Shown piece by piece: positions 29,468 through 40,900 of a stretch of DNA of 64,000 bases. Each line of letters opens with the position of its first letter. Positions within the stretch are counted from its first letter, which is position 1. The stretch lies in IMG/VR virus record IMGVR_UViG_3300028603_000001, positions 96,001-160,000 of that record; one strand, 5' to 3'. Origin of the DNA: a virus (taxonomy: Duplodnaviria; Caudoviricetes). The notes beneath the pieces are model-generated. The model saw nothing but the letters and a program-made list of their open reading frames with translations, searched no databases and was not told the DNA's origin. A program made the translations under genes and the position numbers.

Positions 29468-32400
29468 TTACACTCCTAATATTGCGTCTAACGCACTTTC
29501 TATATCGCCCAGCATTAAGTCTATCTCAGTCTTATTATATAACGCTGGTTTATTTTCAATATCTTGCCAATCAACTGTTCCTCCAATACCACCACTTGCA
29601 CTAATCACATTAGTAGTAGGGTTAATAGTAATATTATCACCTGCAACTAACTTATCTTGTTTTTCAGCTAATTCTTCATCAACATAATTTTTATTTACTA
29701 AATCTTCTTCATCAGTAGGTATTGCATTTGACTTAACTTTTTTATCTTCTTCTAAATACACATCGCCTTTAAGGTACGTTTTTTCAATTTCATCATTTCC
29801 CACTGTAATAGTATTATCACCATTTCCAATGGCTCTATTTCCAATAACGATTTCATTATTACTTGTTGAATTCTTAGCTCTTGTTCTTCCTCCTAAGAAT
29901 ACACCTTTATTAACAGTCGTTACGAATGAACCACCCTCTGTTCTTAATCCAGCTTGATAACCAAATGCAACATTTTCAGACCCTTGTGACGCTTGACCAA
30001 ATGCTTGGTATCCGATTGCGACACCTTCTATCATTTGGTTTATTGCTGAAAAGAATGCTGAATCTCCTATAGCAATTAAATGCTTTCCAGTACTATTTTT
30101 TATTAATGCTGCCCTACCTATTGCAATATTAAAATCGCCTTCAGTATTCGCATTTAAAGCAGTTGGACCTACAGCAATATTAAACTTACCTAACGATAAA
30201 GATTTTAATGCATCTGCCCCAAAAGCATAATTTCCTGTTCCTTGATAAGCCCATACTTTACCTTGTCCTACATTAACATTGCCTGCATTAGGACCTATAA
30301 ATATGTTATCACCATTTACAACATTAACTTCAACCCATTGACCTCCAGCTGCTATACATTTTTCTTCTGTATCATTTCCAGGTGCATTAATTGTACATCC
30401 CATACCTTCAAGAGCTTTTACAATTTTAAGCGCTTCTTCACCTTCATAATACATCACACCTGTAAAATCTGGGTTTTCTATATTAAGTTTATTAGATATA
30501 TCTAAAGTATGGTCTTCCCATTCTCCCCATACTTCTTCTCCAACTTGAACCCTTGAATATGTCTTACCTCCATGTGGGTCAAATAGCATTTGTGCTTTTC
30601 TTTCTTGGCCTGTTCCCCGCCATGTTTGAAGTAGAAAACCACCATCAATATAACCAGACGGGAATGTCCCTAAACCTACAGTACTAATATTGATGTAAAT
30701 AGTCCTTTCATCGCAGTCTGTGTCTATATTGAAATCATCCATACCCTCAAAGAAGTCAACAAAGTTATACTTACTTTCTAAATCTTTTGGACTAACAGTA
30801 TTTACTTCTGCACCCTCTTCTATACTACTCAACTTAGCTTTCTCTGCATCTGTGAATACATTAGTATCTGGATTTGCTTCATATAACTGCTTCACCTTCT
30901 CGGCTGTTATCTCTTCACTAATTTTATCATCAGTATATTCTTTCGCTTTATCAAAAATGACAATCAAATCTTTTTCATTTTTAAATCCCTCAATAAATAC
31001 ATACCAATTAGCGAATTGATTTTCAATATTAGTTTCTGGCCCATAAATGTTTTCATCTTTACCTGTTCCACCATATGTAACTAATCTACCTTCCCAAACT
31101 ACTGCCATTAAATACGCGATACCCATACCATAATCGTTATTCAAAAGTAAATCGACATCTTCTTCCCATTCATTCAATACGGGGTCGTAAACGTAAGTTT
31201 TACCACTCGTCCTTACTGGTGAAGAACTGCTAATATACCCACCAATAAGATAAATAAGTCCATCCCTAACAGCCATTGATGTATGACTTCTACTTTCTAT
31301 ATTAGCAACGCTTAATGGCTCAGACCAAGTTTCAGTATCAATATCATAAGCATAAAAAGTGTTTCTGTAAACATAGAGCTTCCTATTAACTATTTTAGAA
31401 CTTCCACCATCATTTGACATTGGTGGTGTAGGACCGAATGTCCAAGTGTCAGTTGCTATATCATAAATTGCAAGTCTTGGGGCGGTAAGCACACCTGCGG
31501 CACCAGTAGATTTTTCTTTTCTGGACCAATATCTTCCTGATATGTATATTTTACCATCTAAATGGTCTGCTCCACTTGATTGCATAGATGTATATAGATA
31601 ATCATCATCTTGTAAAGAGCTTAGTTCTTCATAAGTATTAGTTAAAGTATCATATTTATAATCGGGAGCAAATACAGAATCGAAAGGATAGAACTTATTT
31701 GTTCTACCAATACCTCCCAATATATAGATATCAGTTCCAACAGCAACGAGTGTTGGAGCATCTTTCCTATAAGGTAAGTCAAGATTTTCTTTCCAAGTGT
31801 TTGTTCTTAAATTATATGAAATATTTTTATTAGAAGCGCCATATAACGGTGGTGTTGCAGTAACATGAGATGTTCTTAACGTTCCACCTATCCAAAAAAT
31901 CTCATCGCCGACAATAGCACTACCTTGAATACGATTTGTTCCTATTTCATCTTTTCTTAAATAAATTGGGACTTCTCCTAATGCTTCCCAACCACGTTTT
32001 CTCTCTTGATATAAAACTTCATTCTCAAACGCTATTTTTGGGGTTTCATTAAAAACATTAGTTGATAATTTCTTCTCATCTTCAACACGTGTATCTACAT
32101 ACTCCTCTGTTATAAAATCTTCGTCATTTTCTAATTCGCTTACCTTTGTAATCTTAGGTATTGAGTTAATTTTACTATCTACCGAAGCATTAGTCGCAAA
32201 ATCGCTATCATTAACCAACTCGCTTGTTTTAGTAGGCATAGTCGGCTTATTACTTAAATCCCTATAATCGCCGCTAAATCCTTGTGGTAAATCAGCTTTC
32301 GTAACAACTACGTTATGGTTATCAAGTGTAATTTGGCTTATATATTTATTAGATTCAACATCACCATTTATAATATTAAGTTTAGGGGAACTTATTTCTA

Positions 32401-33019
32401 CCCACCTAGCACCTAAAGGCGTATCCACAGTGATGTTATTAGATTGTGTGTACATTTGTGGGGAAGTTACATTATTAAATTCACTATGTATATCAGCTAG
32501 AATGGTGATAGTTTGAGTGTCTTTATTCCAATCAATCACAGAGTTTGAATAGCTTGGGTTAAAATCACTATTCCATGTATTAGTTATCATATAATATTGA
32601 TTTTGATTATAATAGAATGCCCAACCACCGCCGTAAAACATTCTCAAAGCTGGAAAATTATTTTCACCAGCTGCAGAGTTATTTATCTGCATTGTATATT
32701 GTATGTTAGATGAATATATATTTTCAAAATATATTTTTGTTCCTTGCCTTATTGGTATAGGCATATCAGACTCTTTTATTTTATACTGTTCCTCTCTTGG
32801 TAAATTAATTAAAATAAATGCTTTACCTGTTTCAGTATTTAGCCATGTTGAACCCAAAAGATATTCAGTATCTGTTTCCGTTGGGTCTCTTTGCTCTTCT
32901 ATGGTAATTCGGAGATTTTCTAAATTTTCTGTGTTACTCTCTAACTGGTCTTCTATTTTATTTAATTTATCAGCTGTTACAATATCATCTTTCACCCATA
33001 TTGTTTTTTCGTATGACAT
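29468..33019 (-). CDS. Large tail fibre/receptor-binding protein with Kelch propeller and YadA-like beta-roll
   Basis: IYILGG/IYLIGG...YD....W Kelch repeats, NIAVG/NIAIG repeats and SELEND stalk repeats. Confidence 0.75.
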   Translation of the reverse strand: MSYEKTIWVKDDIVTADKLNKIEDQLESNTENLENLRITIEEQRDPTETDTEYLLGSTWLNTETGKAFILINLPREEQYKIKESDMPIPIRQGTKIYFENIYSSNIQYTMQINNSAAGENNFPALRMFYGGGWAFYYNQNQYYMITNTWNSDFNPSYSNSVIDWNKDTQTITILADIHSEFNNVTSPQMYTQSNNITVDTPLGARWVEISSPKLNIINGDVESNKYISQITLDNHNVVVTKADLPQGFSGDYRDLSNKPTMPTKTSELVNDSDFATNASVDSKINSIPKITKVSELENDEDFITEEYVDTRVEDEKKLSTNVFNETPKIAFENEVLYQERKRGWEALGEVPIYLRKDEIGTNRIQGSAIVGDEIFWIGGTLRTSHVTATPPLYGASNKNISYNLRTNTWKENLDLPYRKDAPTLVAVGTDIYILGGIGRTNKFYPFDSVFAPDYKYDTLTNTYEELSSLQDDDYLYTSMQSSGADHLDGKIYISGRYWSRKEKSTGAAGVLTAPRLAIYDIATDTWTFGPTPPMSNDGGSSKIVNRKLYVYRNTFYAYDIDTETWSEPLSVANIESRSHTSMAVRDGLIYLIGGYISSSSPVRTSGKTYVYDPVLNEWEEDVDLLLNNDYGMGIAYLMAVVWEGRLVTYGGTGKDENIYGPETNIENQFANWYVFIEGFKNEKDLIVIFDKAKEYTDDKISEEITAEKVKQLYEANPDTNVFTDAEKAKLSSIEEGAEVNTVSPKDLESKYNFVDFFEGMDDFNIDTDCDERTIYINISTVGLGTFPSGYIDGGFLLQTWRGTGQERKAQMLFDPHGGKTYSRVQVGEEVWGEWEDHTLDISNKLNIENPDFTGVMYYEGEEALKIVKALEGMGCTINAPGNDTEEKCIAAGGQWVEVNVVNGDNIFIGPNAGNVNVGQGKVWAYQGTGNYAFGADALKSLSLGKFNIAVGPTALNANTEGDFNIAIGRAALIKNSTGKHLIAIGDSAFFSAINQMIEGVAIGYQAFGQASQGSENVAFGYQAGLRTEGGSFVTTVNKGVFLGGRTRAKNSTSNNEIVIGNRAIGNGDNTITVGNDEIEKTYLKGDVYLEEDKKVKSNAIPTDEEDLVNKNYVDEELAEKQDKLVAGDNITINPTTNVISASGGIGGTVDWQDIENKPALYNKTEIDLMLGDIESALDAILGV

Positions 33020-33233
33020 ATATTCTTCACCTTTCTTTTATTTTACCCGCATATACCCTACAACACCTCTTCCAACAAAAGGTGTTCTTTTAATTGCTTC
33101 TATTATTGTATTTTGATTTCTTGCAGATGTTTTTGCTTTTGTTTTTTTATCTTCACCCAATATGCTGTAGATTTTATTTGTTAAACCTATTTTTCCTTTT
33201 ATACGCGTTTTCATTATATTATCCGTCCTTATA

Positions 33234-33614
33234 TCAACAGATAACTAATTTTCTTCTTGGGACTATTGTGTCTATTATAAAACCGTTTTCTTCATCATCT
33301 ATATCATAAACTAATTTTAACTTTATCTCATAATAATAGGTTCCTGGCAACAAGTTTATTGTGTCAGAAGGTTTTAATGTTATTTCAACAGCGTTATCTT
33401 CGGTTAAACACTCATGAGTAAATATTTTCCTTACCACACCTGCTTCAAAAGATTGATTTGGTTCACAAATGGAAAAATAAACGCGATCCCATTGAGATAA
33501 TACGTAATTTTCAGGTGTTCCAGATTCACCCCTATTGATAAAAAGTTGTGTTGAAAAATTATCACCTCTATTTATCACTATTATTCCATTGTTTGATATA
33601 CCTGTACGAAACAT
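33234..33614 (-). CDS. BppU-like baseplate/Ig-fold structural protein
   Basis: INRGD...ITLKPSDT..L.PGTYYYEIKL; preceded by GCTAAATTA. Confidence 0.6.
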   Translation of the reverse strand: MFRTGISNNGIIVINRGDNFSTQLFINRGESGTPENYVLSQWDRVYFSICEPNQSFEAGVVRKIFTHECLTEDNAVEITLKPSDTINLLPGTYYYEIKLKLVYDIDDEENGFIIDTIVPRRKLVIC

Positions 33615-33731
33615 TATGTTCCCTCCTTTTTTATTATTTTTTTATATAATTATCATTTAATTTAGCAGCGTTTTATTATGTATTAGAAAAAAGCTAGATA
33701 ATTAAATCTAGCTTTATTTATTTTTTTTTTG

Positions 33732-33905
33732 CTATAAATACTTCTTTAACGCTTCTGGTACTGCAGGGTAATCTTCAAAAATAGTATCTTCTGTAATTAG
33801 CCTTTTGAAATCTAACATTTCTTAATACCAATCTATAACCTCTTAACTATCTTGTTCTCTATTTCTTAATACAGCCCATTCCCAAGTCTTTTTAAATTTC
33901 GCCAT
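33732..33905 (-). pseudogene. Tail-fibre assembly-like reading frame with two in-frame TAA stops
   Basis: MAKFKKTWEWAVLRNREQDS*EVIDWY*EMLDFKRLITEDTIFEDYPAVPEALKKYL*. Confidence 0.55.
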
Positions 33906-34053
33906 TTTCTAACATCTGATTAAATATCTGTACTGCTGCTTCAGATGATTCTGCTTCAATTTCTATCTTCTCTAATTCAACATCTTCTGCAAGTACATTA
34001 TAAATTAAGTCGATTGGTGGTTTACTTTTATCAAAATAAATATATACTTTCAT
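33892..34053 (-). CDS. Small hypothetical protein (53 aa)
   Basis: SD AGGAG; MKVYIYFDKSKPPIDLIY...; not in the ORF track. Confidence 0.55.
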   Translation of the reverse strand: MKVYIYFDKSKPPIDLIYNVLAEDVELEKIEIEAESSEAAVQIFNQMLENGEI

Positions 34054-34069
34054 TTTATTCTCCTATCTA

Positions 34070-34396
34070 TTAATCACATCTAAAGTAATACACCGTACAA
34101 GCAATCGGTGTTTGACCTTCTAATCTACTGTGTGTTACACGCATAATATAACCTATACTATAATCAACAGGTGGTCGAGCAGAAGTTAAATCTGATCTAA
34201 CTGTTGCTTGAGTTCTACAACTTGCATCAGTATATACATAACCATACGTTCCATTAAAACTTCCTGGATTAGATATAGCAGTCCAAGTTGTTCCACCAGA
34301 TGGATAAACTACATTACCCATAAATCTTTCTGCTGTTATATCACTTCCATTAAGTTTATTTGAGGTGATTTGTGTTCCATTTAGTGTAATAGGCAT
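34070..34396 (-). CDS. Small tail-fibre-associated protein
   Basis: In the fibre operon; Thr/Gly-rich. Confidence 0.55.
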   Translation of the reverse strand: MPITLNGTQITSNKLNGSDITAERFMGNVVYPSGGTTWTAISNPGSFNGTYGYVYTDASCRTQATVRSDLTSARPPVDYSIGYIMRVTHSRLEGQTPIACTVYYFRCD

Positions 34397-34397
34397 A

Positions 34398-35681
34398 CTA
34401 AGTCACCTTCCAAACCTTACCAACATAAAGTGTATAGTTAGCAGTAGTCCAAGCAATTGTTGTTCCACTGAATACTCCTTTAAGATATTTCTTACTACCA
34501 AAATACAAAGTAGAGCCACTAGCCGATACTGTAAATGAATATATATTGAAGTCAGTTCTGTTGAATGTGCTAAACGAGAAGTTACGGTAGTTATTAGTAT
34601 CATTTGGTGAAGTTGAATCAGTTCCTAAAGTTACCATAATGTATTTATGAGAGTATGTATAAGAACTACCCATATTCAATTCTATTAAAAGCGTATCACC
34701 ACGAGTAACTGAGCTTAATAATGGAACACTACCTATTGTATCACCAGAACTAACAGTTGTTAGTGATGTTGTTGCTGCTCTAGTTCTTATTAAATTCAAC
34801 CTACCCGCACTTAGTAAATTTAATTCTTCTGACAAACCTGCTACGTTTGGAATTGAAGTAGGAAATGAAGTTCTTGTATCTATTCCACTTCTTGATAGCA
34901 TACCTATTGTAGATGTTCCACTTGCGTATAAAACTTGACCTGAAGTATAACTAGTCCTTCCTGTACCACCTCTGGCTACTGTTAAAGTTCCAGATGTTAT
35001 TTCAGTAGCAGAATGCGTATGAGATGCTGGAGCATAAATATCAGTTTCAATATTAATTGTTTGTGCTGAGCTACCATCATAAGTGCCTAAAGTAACATTA
35101 TCTTGTTTAATGGTTAAAGAACTTGGGTTTTTAAGTGCCGTCGGTTTATTATCTAAATTATTATAGTTTAGATAATGACTAGGTAATTGCCCACCTAATT
35201 TAGAACTGTCAGCAGCTGTTCCACCACTTAATAAAAAGGTAGATTGAGATAGTGTACCTATCCCACCTTCAGGTGTTCCTATAAGTATATCTGTATGAGA
35301 AGAACCTGTAACTATTTTGCTTATTGAGATATTGGTATTTGATACAAATTGCTCAGTAGCTACAGGAGAATATACTGAATCTCCTCCATTTTTAAGAGTT
35401 AGCTTACCACTACTTGTTCTTAAATAAATAGGTCCCACGGAACTTGACGCCATTTCTATCTGTTGCGCAGTATTATAACCAATAATTACCCGCTCTAAAC
35501 CACTAAGAATCCCACCCGTTATATCCTCAGCTGAATGTGTATGTGATTCAGTAGCTACAGCAACTGAGCTCCCAGCTTGATTTCCATAAAACAGTTTATT
35601 TTGTGTTACACCTAATTCACCATGAACTAAAGAACCCGCTGTATCTGTATTTTCTTTTCTCTTGACTTTAATTGTTGCCAT
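34398..35681 (-). CDS. Tail fibre protein
   Basis: N-terminal TIKVKR...L..GEL, HTH metal-knot motifs, LTVARGGTG. Confidence 0.75.
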   Translation of the reverse strand: MATIKVKRKENTDTAGSLVHGELGVTQNKLFYGNQAGSSVAVATESHTHSAEDITGGILSGLERVIIGYNTAQQIEMASSSVGPIYLRTSSGKLTLKNGGDSVYSPVATEQFVSNTNISISKIVTGSSHTDILIGTPEGGIGTLSQSTFLLSGGTAADSSKLGGQLPSHYLNYNNLDNKPTALKNPSSLTIKQDNVTLGTYDGSSAQTINIETDIYAPASHTHSATEITSGTLTVARGGTGRTSYTSGQVLYASGTSTIGMLSRSGIDTRTSFPTSIPNVAGLSEELNLLSAGRLNLIRTRAATTSLTTVSSGDTIGSVPLLSSVTRGDTLLIELNMGSSYTYSHKYIMVTLGTDSTSPNDTNNYRNFSFSTFNRTDFNIYSFTVSASGSTLYFGSKKYLKGVFSGTTIAWTTANYTLYVGKVWKVT

Positions 35682-35791
35682 ATTTTTTATTTCTCCATTT
35701 ATAAGGTAATAGCGGAAAAAATACTTAATATTAATTCCGCAAATTATACAGTTTTTATATTATATTATACAATATTTTTAATTAGTAAAAA

Positions 35792-37885
35792 TTAAGACCA
35801 AACACCACCATCAATCAAACCTTCAAATCTGGTAGCATATAACCACCCAGCATACTTTAATCTGGTTGTTTGTGTAGGAATAGCTGCCGTGTCTTGGCGA
35901 TAGAATGTACCATCAATATTTGTTCCACTACTTGTTGCTAATACCCCATTTATATCTGTATTGAATATACCTCCAGTAGGACCAATAGTAATAGATGTTA
36001 AAGAAGTTCCTGTTCCCCCTGTACCTATAGTTATATCTTTTGTGCCGCTTGACGTCACACCAGGAGCAATATTTGTGACTGAATTACCGGTGCCGGTATA
36101 ACCTAAAGAAAGCGTGGTAGCTGCTCCAAATGCATTAACAGTTGTACTGGCTGTATTAAATACATTCATACTTGCACTACCTGTTACTGATGTGGTGAAT
36201 GTTGGACTAGTTGCAAAAACTAACTTTCCGCTTCCTGTTTCATCGCTAATGACACCAGCTAATTCAGCTGAAGTTGTCGATGCGAACTGGCTTAACTTCC
36301 CACTGGTATAAGCAACATTACCACCTGCCCCAAAATCAACTGATATATCAGAGCTAGATGCATCAAAAGTCAATGATTTCCCAACAGTAAGTGTTTGGCC
36401 ATTCGCTATTTCTATCCCTGCGCTTGTTCCTGGGGTGCTAATTGATACATTATTAATTGTATCTGCTGTAGCATTTCCTAAACTAGGCGTTGTTAAGGAA
36501 GGACTAGTTGAAAAAACTAAATTTCCACTTCCTGTTGCATCGCTAATAATACTAGCAAGATTATTTGAGGTCATCTGATCAATATGCGCGTATGTAATTG
36601 TTCCGAATCCCAGATTTCCTGAAGCTCCTCGTCTCAGAACAGTGTTAGTATCAGCAGCTATTGAAGTAACAGAAGCTGCAGAGCCTGCGACACCTAGAAC
36701 GGAATATGCAGAACCATTAGCTAATTTACTGAATGCGATAGCAGCGTTATTTGCGATACTACTATTCCCAATTTGCCCAAATGATAAAGTACTATTTGAA
36801 CCTATTACAGGGACATGACCAGAAGTTGATGATGAAATCATTGTAATAGCACCTGATGATGTTCCAGAATGGCCTAGAAATCCACCAACCGCGCTATAGT
36901 TTAATCTCGAGTATCCTATGGTATTATTGGCAAAAGCACCTGATGGTAACGTCCCAAAAGCTAATGATTCACCATTTCTTCTTAAAACCGTCTCATCTGA
37001 ATCTGCTGTTATATGTGTTGGTTTTCCTGATTCATCTGTTGGTACACCTAGAACACTTAGCCCTGGTTGATCTGCTAACCTAAAAACTGTTCCGTCTCTA
37101 GTTATTGTATCTCCATCTCCATTATATGATCCAGCACCACTGAATTGTACCCATTCTATGGAACCACCTGGGGCGAATGAGATCGTATCAGTAATACAAT
37201 TCCAACCAGTATCTGCTTGAGTTTCACCTTCTTCTACAAATACAAAAGCAGCTCTTAATTTTTCTGGTGTATCTGCATCATCAGCTCTTTTTAAAGAGGG
37301 ATTTATACCGGTTCCGCCTAATGTAGTTATGATATATATACCGTTTTGGTTTTCATCTGATTGATTCTTAATTAAAACTCGATCATTAGCAGCTAAATCA
37401 GTAACACCATCTAGAATAAGCTTTCCAGCGGCGTTTAAATTAAGTCTGGTGTTAGATTCAACTAAAGTACCACTTAAGTTTACTGTTGATGCTGCTTTTA
37501 CTGATTTTTTAATATTTAAGCCTTGAACCCTAGCATCTACATATGCTTTAGAAACAAGCATCTTTTGATCAAAGGTCTCATGTTCTGTTGTAAACTTACC
37601 ATCAGCTCCAAAGGTATACTTTGTATTATTACCTGAATCAACAAAAGTTATTGTCTTATTTGATGCTGCTTGTAATACTAAATCTTCACCATTAAACGTA
37701 TTTTTTTGTGAAAAAACATTACTCCTATTTTGAACCGCTGCTACAGCTATACCTACTTCACTTGTTCCTCCGCTGGTAGGTCCCCAAGCAAAATAATCAC
37801 CACTTAAGCCTATTTCACCTTCTAATAACTTATCTGTACTCAAATTAGGGGCACTTGTTTTTCTCTTAACTTTAATTATAGACAT
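35792..37885 (-). CDS. Tail fibre protein
   Basis: IKVKR...EGEI N-terminus, DRVLIKNQ...QNGIY domain, SDETGSG.LVF.TSP repeats. Confidence 0.75.
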   Translation of the reverse strand: MSIIKVKRKTSAPNLSTDKLLEGEIGLSGDYFAWGPTSGGTSEVGIAVAAVQNRSNVFSQKNTFNGEDLVLQAASNKTITFVDSGNNTKYTFGADGKFTTEHETFDQKMLVSKAYVDARVQGLNIKKSVKAASTVNLSGTLVESNTRLNLNAAGKLILDGVTDLAANDRVLIKNQSDENQNGIYIITTLGGTGINPSLKRADDADTPEKLRAAFVFVEEGETQADTGWNCITDTISFAPGGSIEWVQFSGAGSYNGDGDTITRDGTVFRLADQPGLSVLGVPTDESGKPTHITADSDETVLRRNGESLAFGTLPSGAFANNTIGYSRLNYSAVGGFLGHSGTSSGAITMISSSTSGHVPVIGSNSTLSFGQIGNSSIANNAAIAFSKLANGSAYSVLGVAGSAASVTSIAADTNTVLRRGASGNLGFGTITYAHIDQMTSNNLASIISDATGSGNLVFSTSPSLTTPSLGNATADTINNVSISTPGTSAGIEIANGQTLTVGKSLTFDASSSDISVDFGAGGNVAYTSGKLSQFASTTSAELAGVISDETGSGKLVFATSPTFTTSVTGSASMNVFNTASTTVNAFGAATTLSLGYTGTGNSVTNIAPGVTSSGTKDITIGTGGTGTSLTSITIGPTGGIFNTDINGVLATSSGTNIDGTFYRQDTAAIPTQTTRLKYAGWLYATRFEGLIDGGVWS

Positions 37886-37903
37886 ATTTTTTTATTCCTC
37901 CTT

Positions 37904-40900
37904 TTACCAACCACCAAAATCAAGCATCTCGATCTCTGTTTTGGCTTTTATTTTTACTTTTGCATTTGGGGTTTCTGGTGCTTGATCTAAATAAACCTGC
38001 ATTACATCTGTATGTACCCCTGAATTATTTTGTTGTAATTTTAATTTTTCAGTGTCAGCGGTTATTTTCCAATCACTTGTAACAGATATTCCAGCAAATT
38101 CTGGTTCATCTGTTGTCTTTAATTTCTGATCTAAGTATGGATCCTCACCAGTAGATAAATCTGTTATAGCTGACATCGGATGTGATTCTGCGGTATCTCT
38201 ACCTGTTAAATCGTTGTGGTCTGTAACCCCTCCTCCGCCGCTATTTGCGTCATATGAGGTCAACCATTTCCAACCAGTTTCTATTTCACTATATAGTAAA
38301 GACACTGTATATGTTTTGTTACTAGGTGTTACTCTTTGATATATATATCTTGTTATATCTCCTGAGACAGTTGATGTTAAATATATAAACAAATCTGACC
38401 CGCCGCCTGAACCACCATCACAGAATACACTTATTCTAATTGTTTTATTAACAAAAGTATTGAATAGAACACTGTCACCAAAAAATACTTCATTTATAAT
38501 ATCGGATTCACTTAACCAATAAGAACTACCTACTTCTGGGATAAGTTCATCAAGGTTAAAATGAACAGTATCTACATAATCTTTTGTTATAAAGTCTTCA
38601 TCATTATCTAAATCACTTATTTTTGTAGGTATATCTATATCAGAAATAGTTTGATCGACATAATCTACCACAGCTTTTGGGCTTACTGTTTTATTATCAA
38701 TTGAAGCGTCTGTTTCTATGTCTGTTGATATTTCAGGAACTTCTGGTAAATCAGCTTTCGTAACATTGATTTTATGTTTATCTGATTCATCAACCTCTAT
38801 CTGACTAATATATTTTCCAGGTTCTGCGTCTCCATCTTGAATAGTAATATCTGGGATATCTTCAATTGCTGGTTTATTTTTTATGAAGTCATCTGCGTTT
38901 GTATCAGTTTGATTCCAATCGCTTTGCACGTTTTTCTGAGCGTCAGATGGTGCGTGATCTTCTTGGCTATGTGCGTAAGCTTCTTGCACTTTGTTTTTTT
39001 CTGAATCATCATAATCATTCTGAGTTAACCCATAACCTTCAATCTTATCAACCTTGCCGGCTAATATATTAATGATATCTTCACCCTCTGGATAGTTTTC
39101 AAATATTGCTAATATCTCATTTATTGTGTCAACTACCTCGTTTGGGTTATCTTCGAATAGCGCTACCAAATCATTTAGAGCTTTTTTATCTTGTGGTGAC
39201 ATTAAACCTGATAATGAATCAGTTGCTAAACCTAAAGCAGTTTTAAATTCAGTTATTGTAATATTATCTACTAAATCAATTCCAATTATTTGTCTCTCTT
39301 TTGGAACTTTATTGCCTAAAGCACTATTTGTTACGTTAACATAATTATCAAATTCAGTTTTAGTAGCCTGCTTTACATTATCAACATTTTCTAGATTTAC
39401 AGTTGCTTTAGTTATATTATGTGGATTATTTTGATCTATTATGTGTTCTTGAATGTTTGTATTTTTAGGCTCATATAAATCAGGTGCATCAAGACTGTGT
39501 TGATAAGCATCATCATAATTTTCTTTTAATTCGTCGGTTAAGTTATTTTTAGTTAGGCTGTAACCATCTTCCTTATCTACTTTATCTTCAAGTAATACAT
39601 TTAAATCTTCAGTGCTCTTATAGTTTACTAAGTCATTTACATATTTAGTTATAAAGCCAGTGTCGTTTGTTAGATCTGAAATTTTAACAGGGATATAAGG
39701 AATATCTTCTGCTGTAATAAACTCAGCATCATTAATCAATTCGCTTACATTAGTTGGAATATCTTCCTCTAAAGCAAATCCAACATCATCGTTAAATGAG
39801 CTTAAATCAGTAGGAATGTTAGCTAATGTTATAAATTCCGCATCGTTCTCCAAATCGCTTACTTTTACTGGGATATCAGACATTGTTGCAAAGTCATTAT
39901 CATTAATTAAATCGCTAGTTTTTGCTGGTATGACTGGTTTGTTTGTTAAGTCGTCGTAATTACCACTGAATCTTTGCGGTAAATCAGCTTTTCTTACAAT
40001 TATTTTATGTTTATCAGTAGAATCTATACTAATTTCACTTATATATTTATCTACCTCTTCAACTCCACCTTGAATTGTTATGTCTGGAATATTTGGTATT
40101 TCTGGTGTATTATCTATTAAGGAATAATCTAACTTATTATCAGCATCTATTAAATCCTGTTTTTTAGATAATTCTTCATCAACATACTCTTTATTAACAT
40201 CAGGTTCTTGAATATCTATAGTTCCGGCCCCTAATATTGATTGATTGTTTATTGTTTTTATATTTTGATTAATACCTTCATCAACTAATGGAACTTGAAC
40301 ACTTATATTCCCAATACCTGTTATTTCTTCATTGTTGATTGTTTTAAATGAGGATATATCTGGCAAATCTTCAACTGTTATGTATCCTGCATCATTATAC
40401 AACTCACTGATATTTTCTGGCAAATCTTCAGATGTTATAAATCCAGTATCGTTATCTAAATCGCTTAATTTTGCAGGTATATTTGGAATATCTTCTAGAG
40501 TAATAAAACCATCATCATTTTCTAACTGAGATGTTTTTGTGGGTAAAGCATCTCCTGTGATATATCCAGAATTATTATTTAAATCACTGGTATCAGTAGG
40601 GATATCTATTACTTTAGCATATCCTGCATCATTTGTTAAATCACCTAAATCTTGTGGAATATAAGGTATATCATTTTCTGTGATATATCCAGCATCATTA
40701 ATCAGGTCACTAGTGTGAGATGGAATATCTGGTAAGCCAGTAGATGTTAAATATCCAGCATCGTTAGTGAAGGCGCTAATATTAGTTGGAATATCTGGTA
40801 ATTCATTTTCGGTTATATAACCAGAATCATTATCTAATTCACTTAATTTTGCAGGTATAGCCGGAATATCAGTTTCTGTAATAAAACCAGAATCATTAAT

